NCBI GenBank assembly: GCA_951406725.2 | Contig: OX597816.1 | Location: forward strand, 167,710,001-167,774,000 | Direction of reading: 5' to 3' | DNA length: 64,000 nucleotides | Source of the DNA: Octopus vulgaris | Lineage: Eukaryota | In this document: one piece after another, positions 36,993 through 49,126 of the stretch | How positions within the stretch are numbered: position 1 is the stretch's first letter | Layout of the letters: every line of letters begins with the position of its first letter | Translations under genes and position numbers: made by a program | The notes under the pieces: generated by a model | The model's input: the letters and a program-made list of their open reading frames with translations, nothing else | Told to the model about the DNA's origin: nothing | The model's database searches: none

Positions 36993-39900
36993 ATATACAA
37001 TACTAGCGGAGGGGGTCACGAATTAATTTGAAAACACATTTTGCCTTAACCTTTTTTTTTTTGCATGCTAAAATAAGATTTAAACTTCTCAAGTCTAAAT
37101 CCGACCCTGAGATAAGTAAGCTAATTATTGCCCATATAATGCCACTGCTGGGGCGCATAGCTTAGTAGTTAGGGTAATCGGCTTGCTGTGCTCATGCCTT
37201 AAGGCAGCACTGCTCAATTTAGTGGTTAGCATATTCGGTTCACAATCATGAGGTTGTGAGTTCGATACCTGGCAGCACGTTGTGTTCTAGAACAAGACGC
37301 TATCTCATGTTACTCCAGTTAGAAATGTATTCAAAGGACCGGCCTTGTCACACTCTGTGTCATGCTGAATCTCCTGAGAATTATATTAAGGGTACACATG
37401 TCAGTGGAGTGCTCAGCCACTTGCACGTTAGTTTCACAAGCAGGCTATTCCGTTGATCAGATCAACTTGAACCCATGTCGTCGTAACCGTGGGAGTATCA
37501 GTTTTATAGTGAAGGCGCATGGCTCAGTGGTTTGGCTCACAATCCTGAGGTAGTGAGTTCGATTTCCGGACTAAGGTATGTGTTGTGTGTCTGAGCAAGA
37601 CACTTTATCTCACGTAGCTCCAGTTCACTCAGCTATAGAGATGAGGTGCAATGTCACTGGTGCCAAGCTGTATCGACCTTTGCCTTTCCCTTGGATAACA
37701 TCGGTGGTGTGGAGAGGAGAGGTTTGTATGCATGGGCGACTGTTGGTCTTCCATAGACAACCTTGCCTGGACTTATGCCTCGGAAGGGAACTTTCTAGGT
37801 GCAATCCCTTGGTTATTCATGACCAAATTGGGTGTTTAACCAATGCTACTACTTTTAACTAGAACTATCTAACTAGCTAGCAGCATGAGTTATGATAAAT
37901 ATCAGATGGATATATTATGTTCACAGTTATTCAGATTTACTAATGGGGTGGGGTGTTTAGTTCCAATTTATAGACTAGTTTATCAAGTCTAATGGAAACT
38001 AAAATCTATCTTTTATGGATAGGGTAAACAGACAGTTTAAGTGGCAGAGTCATAAATCAAGATTTCTTTGAAGTAAAACCATTTTTGTTCAGTAAGAATA
38101 TATTTCAGCCAAATTTGCAGGCTAAAGCTGATGGGGTAGGGAGAGTAAAATTTATGATACTTAACTATTTGACAACCATAAACTCAGTGTTAATTTGATA
38201 TACATAGGTACATTTTAAAGAATGTTATTCACACGCACAAAAAAATCGTACTGCATTACCTGTAGATATCCTTGTTGCTTATTTTGATTATATATACATA
38301 CATATGTGGAGGTGCAATGGTCCTGTGGTTAGAGCACTGGACTCGCAGTCGTAGGATCGCGGTTTCGATTCCCAGACCGGGCGTTGTGAGTGTTTCTTGA
38401 GTGAAAACACCTAAAATTCCACGAGGCTCCGGCAGTGGGGGGTGATCCCTGCTGTACTCTTTCACCACAACTTTCTCTCACTCTTTCTTCTGTTGGCCTA
38501 CTCGCTTAGCCAGCAGGGTGGCGTCATTTGAAGGCTAAATCAATGCAAAGCGCATTGTGACCAGCGACGTGTAGCAACATCTGATAGCCTGGTTGGTCAC
38601 GGTGATATATATACATATATATATATATATGTTAGTGTCATGCTGTTCCTGTTTGAAAATTATTTTGAGAGTTCATTTGTCCGCAATTCTCAGTCATGAT
38701 TACTCGTTCTTGAATGAACAGGTAACTCAGTTAATCAAACATGCATAGTAATTTTGCACACCCAAAAAAGAAAAGGATCTGTTCATGTCTTCACGTGTGC
38801 AAGTGCTAGTCGTGACATGATGTATTAATATGTATGACATAATACTGTGTCAACAGTCATGATGTACAATAAGAATTAAGAAAGTACATCTTATTACTAG
38901 GTCAATGGGTTTAAAGATATTTTGATAAAAGAAAATGCTTGCTTACACTCAAACACACACATACATATGTATTAGACATACACACACACCCCCATATATA
39001 TATATATATATGACAGGCTTCTTTCAGTTTCTTATTTCTTTACTGCCCACAAGGGGCTACACACAGAGGGGACAAACGGATTAAGTCGATTATATCAACC
39101 CCAGTGCATAACTGGTACTTATTTAATCGACCCTGAAAGGATGAAAGGCAAAGTCGACCTCGGCCGAATTTGAACTCAGAACGTAGCGGCAGACGAAATA
39201 CCTATTTCTTTACTACCCACAAGGGGCTAAACACAGAGAGAACAAACGGATTAAGTCAATTAGATCAACCCCAGTGCATAACTGGTACTTATTTAATGGA
39301 CCCTGAAAGGATGAAAGGCAAAGTTGACCTCGGCGGAATTTGAACTCAGAACGTAGCGGCAGACGAAATACCGCTGAGCATTTCGCCTGGCATGCAAACG
39401 TTTCTGTCTACCAAATCCACGCACAAGGCTTTGGTCAGCCCGAGGCTAATATAGAAATCACCTTTCTGAAGTGGAACTGAACTTGGAATCATGCGGTTGG
39501 TAAGAAAGCTACTTACTACGCAGCCACTCCTGAGCATGCACACACACACACATACAGAGGTGGGCACCGTTAACCGAAAAGTTAACTTCGTTAATTCTTT
39601 GAAAATGTAACGGAAGTAACTTTAACTTTTATTGAAAAAAAGCATATCTACAGTTTGATACCCCATCGACTTCGTTGCCTCAACATGCCATGTTTGAGGA
39701 GACTTATTGAGTCAAGTACATCAACATCAGCAATATCAAAATGAAGTCAAATAGAGATTATAGTGGTGAGCCCCATGCCGGTAGCACATAAAAAGCCCCA
39801 TCAGAACATGGTCGATGCCAGCTCCTCTGGCCCCTGTGCCAGTGGACATAAAAAGCACCCGCTACACTTTCAGAGTGGTTGGCGTTAGGAAGAGCATCCA

Positions 39901-41736
39901 GCTGTAGAAAGTGCCAGATCAGATTGGGGCCTGGTGCAACCTCCTTGCTTCCCAGACCCCAGTCGAACCGTCCAACACACACACGTACACATGCACATAC
40001 ATATACAACAGGCTTCTTTCAGTTTCCATTTACCAAATCCACTCACAAGGTTTAGGTCAGTCCAAAGCTATAGTAGAAGACACTTGCCCAAGGTACCATG
40101 AGGTAGGACTGAACCCGGAACTATGTAGTTGAGAAGCAAGCTTCTTACCACATAGCCATGTTTAACATAACAGCAAAAATTCCTCAAATAACTCTTTCTG
40201 TAGACGGGAGATATTGTATAATGTAGTCATAGACAAATCATCATCATCATCGTTTAACGTCCGTTCTCCATGTTAGCATGGGTTGGATGGTTCGACCGGA
40301 ATCTGGGAAGCCAGGAGGCTGCACCAGGCTCCAGTCTGATCTGGCAGTGTTTCTACAGCTGGATGCCCTTCCTAATGCCAACCACTCCGTGAGTGTAGTG
40401 GGTGCTTTTTACATGCCACTGGCACAGGTGCCAGGCAAGGCTGGCAATGGCCACGATCGGATTGGTGCTTTTTACGTGCCATCGGCACGGAAGCCAGTCA
40501 AGGTGGCGCTGGCTAGCTGAAAAAAAGATAGGATTGTCATGGCTTGAATGCCAGATCAAATTCACTTGGTTGAGCCATCATATGTGGTGTTGAACAATTT
40601 ATAAGTACATAGGGTGTGACTGATGTAATCAACTATATTTTGGCTATAAGTGGCTGATACCTGTCATAGATTAAAAGAATGAATATTTACAGTCCACAAC
40701 ATATCTTACTCTTTATTGATTTCTGAGTATTGTACTAAAATGTTATATTTTCTCATTTCATATCCTTTTATATCAGGTTGCTTCTTTGATACAGACTAAG
40801 TATTACACCGAAGCTAATTTCAGTAATTGTAATGTAATTTGAGGCTTCGTTTGGAAGTAATTATATACACACTCTTCACTTCATTTGACAAAATACATTT
40901 CTTCATCATCATCATCGTTTAACGTCTGCTTTCCATGCTAGCATGAGTTGGATGAATGATTGAGGGCTGGCAAACCAGATGGCTGCAATCTTGATCTGGC
41001 AGAGTTTCTACAGCTGGATGCCCTTCCTAACGCCAACCAATCCGAGAGTGTAGTGGGTCCTTTTTACGTACCACCAGCACAGGGCCAGTCAGGTGGTACT
41101 GGCAACGACCTCGCTCGAATCTTTTACACATGCCACTGGCATAGGTGCCAGTAAGGCGATGCAGGTAACAATCACGCTTGATTGGTGTCTTTTACGTGCC
41201 GCCGGCATGGAGGCCAGATAGCTGCTCTGGCAACGATCACGCTTGGATGGTGCTCTTAATACCCTACTAGCACGGGGCTTGAGTGCCAGTAAAGCGACAC
41301 TGGTAACGATCACACTCGAATGGTGCTTTTTAAGTGCCACCGGTACTGAAGCCAGTTAGCCACTCCGTCAATAATCACACTCTTCTATTCTTTATTATTT
41401 TATTGGTTTTACTGTGAGTGGTGAATTAACAGAATTATTAGTGTTGGGGAAAAATGCTTATGGTATTCGTTTTCAGCTTTTTAGTTCTGAATTGCATTCA
41501 AATCCTGTTGAGGTCAACTTTGCTTTTCTTTCCTTGAGAACTGATGAAGTCAAGTACTAGGGGATGTATTGTGGATTGACTAACCTTCTCCTTTCAAAAC
41601 TGCTGGCCTTGTGCCTAAATTAGAAATCATTATTTTATTGGTTTCTATAATTTTTTTAATTTCAAAGTGGTGTTCTACTAATACTTAAGGTATTTGCAAA
41701 GGGAGGTCATCCTTCCCCCGTCAAACTAAGTGATAC

Positions 41737-41779
41737 GCACGGACTGCAATTTCTAGGTACTGACCTGTCATCAGCGTAC
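41737..41779 (-). ncRNA. Minimal hammerhead motif between 20-bp inverted repeats (41684-41848)
   Basis: gtacg-CTGATGA-c-aggt/acct-a-GAAA-ttgcag-TC-cgtgc. Confidence 0.65.
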
Positions 41780-44700
41780 GACAATCACCGGTTTTCAATG
41801 AAAGGGGTCCCAATGCAAATACTTATATCCCTTTGCAAATACCTTAAGGGCACAGAAAGTGTGCCTAAAGCCAGCTGGAGACGATGTTCTCCTGGGGCTA
41901 CAGGCTACAGTAACATCCACCCTTAGTGGTTAGCCATATTGAGATGGCAAATATACCTCACATTGTCCTGCAGTTACTATTTATACCTCGTTCAGAGATT
42001 TATTATTAAAAGTATTTAGTTTGCTCTGAATTTTTCCAAAGTATTTTCCAATATTTACTTCAGATCTTTGCTCGCCATGAAGCATAGGCCATTAATTATA
42101 TTTGTCCACAGTTCTCAATTCTGGGCTGTCTTTTTTAAGGCCTTCCATTTTCAGGTCTTGTTGGTTTTGAATAGTCATTGATGCTTATTCTTTTATTGTT
42201 TCACTCCTTTCAGTCATCTGACTGTGGCCATACTGGAGCAATGCCTTGAAGTGTGCTTTAGTCAAACAAATCAACCCTGGACTTTTTTTTTAAACCTAGT
42301 ACTTATTCTATCAGTCTTTTTTGCTGAACTTCTAATTTACAGGGATGTAAACACACTAACACCAGTTGTCAAGCATGATGGGGGGGGGGGGGTACAAACA
42401 CACACACACACACACGACAGGCTACTTTCAGTTTCTGTCTACAAATCCACTCACAAGGCTTTGGTTGGCCTAAGGCTATAGTAGAAGGCACTTACTTAAG
42501 GTGCCATGTAGTGAGACTGAACCCTGAACCATGTGATTGGGAAGCAAGCTTCTTACCACACAGCCACACCTGTGCCTATATCTTTGCTTTTTAGATAGGA
42601 ATGTCAGTCTGATGCAGACCAATTTTCACCTCTGGAAAATAGTGGTCCATATTACTCTGGCTTCTCTCTTTTGACCTGTCCAACATGGGAATCTCTAACA
42701 GAAGCTTGTGCTCCACTGGCACAACTCTTAGGGTCATTGAGGCACAGAAGCCTCCACACTGCAATAAGGACTGGACTTTGTGGTAGTATTTTCCAATAAC
42801 TTCTCAATTTGCAAACTAGCTCGTTAAGAAAATCTTAGTATCTATGTTGAAAAGTAATGTTTATCACCACGGACGCTGAAAGATGATGAGTATGTAGTGA
42901 ATACAAGAAATAGGAATCAATGCCAACACCAATTTTTTACTAGCATGCTAAAGGTAAAAATGGTTCATTTGATAAAACAACATTATGGTCAAAACTATTG
43001 AAAAGGTTGCAAGAAGCAACGAAAATTTTAGGAAAATAAAAATAAGAAAAAAGTGGAAATTTTACCCGTGAGTGTGTTATATTATAAGGCACAAAAAGAA
43101 AATGACTCACCCCAGACACAACAGAATATGCTTCAATACACGAACTCACATAAAGAATCTTGCAAAGCAAATCCCAAAACGAAACTTTATGGTAAATATC
43201 CTTTCAATACATTCACACAGCCCAACACTAAGGCAAATTATTCTTTCCTACTTTAGGCACAAGGCTCGAAATTGGGTGGGGGAGAGGCAGTCGATTAGAT
43301 TGATCCCAGTATGCAACTAGTACTTAATTTATCGCCCCTGAAAGGATGAAAGACAAAGTCAACCTCAGAGGAATTTGAACTCAGAACGTAAAGACAGAAA
43401 AAATACTTATTTCTTTACTGCCCACAAGAGGCTAAACATAGAGGGGACAAACAAACGGAACAAGTCGATTACATTTACCCCAGTGCGTCACTGGTACTTA
43501 ATTTATCGACCCCGAAAGGATGAAAGGCAAAGTCAACCTCAGAGGAATTTGAACTCAGAACGTAAAGACAGACAAAATACTTATTTCTTTATTGCCCACA
43601 AGGGGCTAAATATAGAAGGGACAAACTAAGACAGACAGAGGGATTAAGTCGATTACATTGACCCCAGTATGTAACTGGTACTTAATTTATCGACGCTGAA
43701 AGGATGAAAGGCAAAGTCAACCTCAGAGGAATTTGAACTCAGAACATAAAGACAGACAAAATACTGCTAAGCATTTCACCTGGCGTGCTAACATTTCTGC
43801 CAGCTCACTGCCTTTACACTAAGACAAATTATTGAAACAATATACATACCAGAGGCACAATTCATACACTCTCTTAACAGAAAGTATGAACGCAACAACA
43901 ACAGCAGTGGAGGCGCATTGGCCCAATGGTTAGGGCAGCGGACTCGCGGTTTCGATTCCCAGACCGGGCGTTGTGTGTGTTTATTGAGCGAAAACACCTA
44001 AAAGCTCCATGAGGCTCTGGCAGTGGGTGGTGGCGACCCCTGTTGTACTCTTTCACCCCAACTTTCTCTCACTCTTTCTTCTTGTTTCTTGTCCCCGACT
44101 TCCAACTCAACCACTGAGCCTGGATGCGCATTCATCCATCCGTCGATGCTCTCGGTGTTAGGGGTTGACCTGCTTTCTCTTCTGCGGGTCTTACGAATAG
44201 CAAAGGACCACGTTTCGGACTTCTCCCACTACAGAGGCGTGATGTTGCGAGCTCTGGGACGAAGACCGCTTCGCTCAACAGCAACAGCAACAACAACAAG
44301 AGCAGCAGTACCATCACCAGCACTGCCACCACCATCACCAGACGATGGTCTAGACATAATTAGCTCATTACTGCCTACACAAAAACATATAATTTCACAC
44401 GATTTAAGGCAGTATGACATTGACTATTATAATGTAATACAATATAAAAAAAACCAAACAAAATTAACCTATTAAACATAAGTGACAGTATGTGGCCTGG
44501 TTGTTAAGGTGTCACACTCAAGGTCATAATATCAGTTTCAATTCCTGGACAGGGTGGGGGTGCTGAGTATTTGAGCAAAACACTTCATTTCACATTGTTC
44601 CAGTCCACTCAGCTGTAAATGAGTCACTATGTATGTATGTATGAATTATCAACATCATGGGTTACGGGGACATAAACAAACCAACACCCCTTGGCAACTG

Positions 44701-45475
44701 GTGTTGGACAAACAGAAACAAAAACACACATACACACATATACAACAGGCTTCTTTCAGTCTGTGCAGGCTTTTGCCTGGCTGGCTCCTGTGATACCGTC
44801 CCACCCATGCTAGCATGGAAGGTGGAAGTTAAACAATGATGATGATGATGATGATATCTTTTATATTTTACTTGCTTTGGTCATTAGACTGCAGCCATGC
44901 TGGCGCACTGCCTTGAAGTTGTTTTAATAAAACAAATTGACCCCAAGACATTTTTTTAAGCTTGGGGCTTATTCTATTGTCTCTTTTGCCAAGCCACTAA
45001 GTTATGGGGGACATAAACCCACCAACAACAGTTGTCAAGCTGTGGTGGGAGACAAAGAGAAACAAACACACACACACACAACAGGCTTCTTTCAGTTTCC
45101 ATCTACCGAATCCACTCACAAGGTTTTGTTTGACCTGAGGCTATAGCAGAAGGCACTTACTGAAGGTGCCATGCAATGGAACTGAACCCAGAACCATGGG
45201 GTTGGGGAGTAAGCTTCTTACCACACAGCCACACTTATTAATATTATATATTAAAGTTTGATAGGCACCAAGCTGGCAGAAACGTTAGCATGCCGGGTGA
45301 AATGCATAGCCATATTTCGTCTGTCGCCACGTTCCGAGTTCAAATTCCGCCATGGTCGACTTTGCCTTTCATCCTTTCGGGGTCGATAAATTAAGTACCA
45401 GTTATGCACTGGGGTCGATGTAATCGACTTACTCCCTTTGTCTGTCCTTGTTTGTCCCCTCTTTGTTTAGCCCCT

Positions 45476-46045
45476 TCATCATCATCATTATCATCGTTTA
45501 ACGTCCGTTTTCCGCGCTAGCACGGGTTGGACAGTTCGACCGGGGTCTGGGAAGCCAGGGGCTTCACCAGGCTCCAGTCTGATCTGGCAGTGTTTCTACA
45601 GCTGGATGCCCTTCCTAACGCTAACCACTCCGCGAGTGTAGTGGGTGCTTTTTACGTGCCACCTGCACAGGTGCCAGGGGCGTCTGGCATCGGCCACGAT
45701 CGGTTGGTGCTTTTAACGTGCCACCGTCACGGAAGCCAGCCAAGGCGGTGCTGGTGTCGGCCACGTTCAGATGGTGCTTTTTATGCGCCACAGGCACAGA
45801 AGCCAGTCGAGGCGGCGCTGGCATCGGCCACGTTCGGATGGTGCTTTTCATGTGCCACCGGCAAAGAAGCCAGTCGAGGCGGCGCTGGCATCGGCCACGT
45901 TCGGATGGTGCTTTTTATGTGCCACCAGCACAGAAGCCAGTCGAGGCGGCGCTGGCAACGGCCACGTTTGGATGGTGCTTTTTATGTGCCACCCTTCATC
46001 ATCATCGTTTAACATCCGCTTTCCATGCTAGCATGGGTTGGACCC
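45476..46045 (-). mobile_element. RTE 3'UTR-only insertion with ~60-bp internal tandem repeats. Many similar copies (1-200, 2480-2927, 10233-10545, 11695-12062, 20520-20714, 39690-39975, 40238-40517, 40903-41385, 49240-49567, 50007-50545, 59700-60487, 61957-62347, 62745-63225)
   Basis: Shares the 3' end of the 15560-19497 LINE (ttggcgttaggaagggcatccag...ccatgctagcatgg...gttaaacgatgatg). Confidence 0.88.
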
Positions 46046-46494
46046 TTGTGGGTAGTAAAGAAATATATATATTAAAGTTTGTTTTCATATCAAATCATAT
46101 TCAAAGACAGTTTAACATTAAACTGAAAATTTACTGTTAAATATTTTTTACTCAGTATTTTTCAGTAGAGTAAACATTTATTAAATTTTGTTGACAGCAT
46201 CTTCAAAATTTTGGCTTGCTTGTCTTCATCAGACAGTCTATGGAGGCAGGCAATCCAAAACTTTGAAGTCACTGCCAGTAAGTTCTTTGAAAAATTCATC
46301 CATAAATAAGTGTGTGTATGTGTAGGCGATATCCTTGTAGATATCACAAATCATAAACAGGATTTGACTTCAACCCCAGAAACTTTTCTACTTGAAGATG
46401 TTTGGATCATCTGCAAAGCCGGATTTTCCAGTTCATAGGAGATCTTATCACAGGATATATTAATTCTTCTGTAAAAGAGTGGCAATCACAATTT

Positions 46495-46660
46495 ATGTAT
46501 GTATGTATGTATGTATGTATGTATGTATGTATGTATGTATGTATGTATGTATGTATGTATGCATGCATGTATGTATGTATGTATGTATGTATGTATGTAT
46601 GTATGTATGTATGTATGCATGCATGTATGCATGCATGTATGTTTGTATGCATGCATTTGT
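46495..46660. repeat. (ATGT)n tetranucleotide microsatellite
   Basis: Direct inspection. Confidence 0.95.
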
Positions 46661-47702
46661 ATATATTACATATGTGGTGGTGACGATGATGATGATAATT
46701 AATACATCTATGCATGCATGAATATATATACATACATACAATGTATGCAAACATGAATGCATGAGTGTGTGTGTGGGTGGGTACTTGTATGTAAACATAT
46801 GTATAAAAATAGCTTGGATAAATATTTGTAATGAGACATGATAATTAGTGCTGTCAACATACATGAGTGTGTGTATATGTCTGTGTGTAAATAAATGTCA
46901 AGTCACAAAATTAAGCTAAACACAACACACACACACACACACACACATCTGACCTAAAATGGTGATCATATGTTGAAATTCTCAGTTAACATATTTCCTT
47001 GCAACTCTGCACTTTAGAAGGCAAGTGGAATAAAAGAATTCCTTACTTGAAAAACAAGCATTGGTTAACAATAATGGCTTAGAAATAAGTATTCATCCAA
47101 CCCTTACTGACATGGAAAACCAGATGTAAAACAAACCAACAACTACAAAAAAGTAGACTAACTAGACCGTGTGTATGTGTGTGTGTGTGTGTTAGCTGAA
47201 ATTTATAGAAAAACAAAACACGAAGATAGGTTTATGAACAACAGCCAAGTGTATCAATTTGACACTCGGGAAAAACGAATATATATTCTTTTCTTTTTAT
47301 TCTTTTATTTGTTTCAGTCAATTGACTGTGGCCATGCTGGAGCACCGCCTGTAGTCGAGAAAATCGACCCCAGGACTTATTCTTTGTAAGCCTAGTACTT
47401 ATTCTATTGGTCTCTCTTGCCGAACCACTAAGTGACGGGGAAGTAAACACACCAGCATCGTTTGACAAGTGACGTTGGAGGGCAAGCACAAACATACACA
47501 CATACACACACACATATATATACGAAGGGCTTCTTTCAGTTTCCCTCTACGAAATCTGCTCACAAGACTTTGGTCAGCCCGAGGCTATAGTAGAAGACAC
47601 TTGCCCAAGGGGTCACACAGTGGGACTGAACCCAGAACCATGTGGTTGGTAAGCAAGCTACTTACCACACAGCCACTCCTGCGCCTATATATATATATAT
47701 AC

Positions 47703-47733
<31 letters not shown>

Positions 47734-47739
47734 ACATGT

Positions 47740-48310
47740 ATCCGGTGTAAGCTATAGACACATAAGAGGTGCAACAATATCAAAGGAAGGCTACTGGGAA
47801 GATAGTTTTTGTGTGTGGCTTCCATTACATACCATGGGGAAAAACTAGAAGTAGTTGATAGCGTCTGTTACCTAGGTGACCAAGTCAGTAGTGGGGGTGG
47901 GTGCTCTGAGAGTGTAGCTGCTACAATGAGAATAACCTGGGCAAAGTTCAGAGAGTTCCTATCTCTGCTGGTGACAAAGGGCCTCCCACTCAGAGTAAAA
48001 GGTAGACTGTATGACGCATGTGTGCAAACAGCCATGCTACACAGCAGTGAATCATTGGCTGTGACTGCTGAGGACATGCATAAGCTTGCTAGAAATGAAG
48101 CTAGTAAGCTCTGCTGGATGAGTAATGTCAGTGTGCATACACGAAAGAGTGTAAGCGACCCGAGAGAAAAGTTGGAGATAAGAAGCATCAGATGTGGTGT
48201 GCAAGAGAGATGACTGTGCTGGTATGATTGTGTGTTGCATATGGATGAGGAGACCCAGCAAGCCACGTGAGACCGTAACCGTGGCTTATACCAGTGCAGC
48301 ATAACCGGCC
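47740..48310 (+). mobile_element. RTE RT fragment
   Basis: KLEVVDSVCYLGDQVSSGGG..RLYDACV. Confidence 0.85.
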
Positions 48311-48505
48311 CAATCTGTAAATATGTGTGTGTATGTGTAGGCAATATGCTAGTACACACCACATATCATAAACAGGATCTGACTTCAATCCCAGACACTT
48401 TTCTACTTGAAGATGTTTGGATCATCTGCAAAGCCGGATTTCCCAGTTCATAGGAGATCTTATCACAGGATATACTAATTCTTCTGTAAAAGAGTGGCAA
48501 TCACC

Positions 48506-49026
48506 ATATATGTAAGTATGTGTGTATGTGTATGTATATATTTGTGTATGTGTGTGTGAGGATGTATGCATGTATGTGGAGTGTGTGTGTGAGAATGTGC
48601 ATGTATGTGTGTGTGTGTGTGTGTGAGAGAGAGAATGTATGCATGTATGTGGAGTGTGTGTGTGTGTGTGTGAGAAGATGCATGCATGTGGAGAATGTGC
48701 ATATGTGTGTGTGTGAGGATGTGTACATGTATGTGGAGAGGATGTATGCATGTGTTTGGAGAGTGTGTGTGTGTGTGTATGTGTGTGTGTGCAGATGTAA
48801 GCATCTATGTCTATGTGGAGAGTGTGTATGTGTGCGTGTGTGTTTCTGAGGATGCAGGCATGTGTGTGTGTGAGAGAGCGGATGTATGCATTTATGTAGA
48901 GAGTGTGTGTGTGTGTGTGTGTGTGTGTGAGGACGTAAGCATGTATGTGGAAAGTGTGTGTGTGAGAGAGAGGAAGCATGGATGTATGTGGAGAGTGTAC
49001 ATTAATGTGTGTTGCGTGTGTGTGTG
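48506..49026. repeat. Degenerate (GT/GA)n minisatellite immediately 3' of the IFT27 stop codon
   Basis: Recurring gcatgtatgtggagagtgtgtg units. Confidence 0.9.
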
Positions 49027-49027
49027 C

Positions 49028-49126
49028 TTAAGTGAGACTACTGAAATGTTCTAAAGAAGCTTCATATTTCTTGGTGAAACTCAACGCCAGATGCTGGAAT
49101 GGGTTGTCGATGTTAACCATGTCTTT
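49028..49126 (-). CDS. IFT27: IFT27 terminal exon (KDMVNIDNPFQHLALSFTKKYEASLEHFSSLT*), 99 bp
   Basis: Matches KEMENFEAPFHCLAKQF. No C-terminal prenylation Cys, as expected for RABL4/IFT27. Pyrimidine tract plus ccag acceptor. Confidence 0.9.
   Translation of the reverse strand, partial: KDMVNIDNPFQHLALSFTKKYEASLEHFSSLT

Noticed and set aside
45640-45993. Repeat-spacer pattern resembling a CRISPR array
   Set aside because: Eukaryotic context, no cas genes, spacers are homologous to each other, and the units are part of an RTE 3'UTR.
48422-49054. His/Thr- or Cys/Val-rich ORFs
   Set aside because: Minisatellite translation in the IFT27 3' region.
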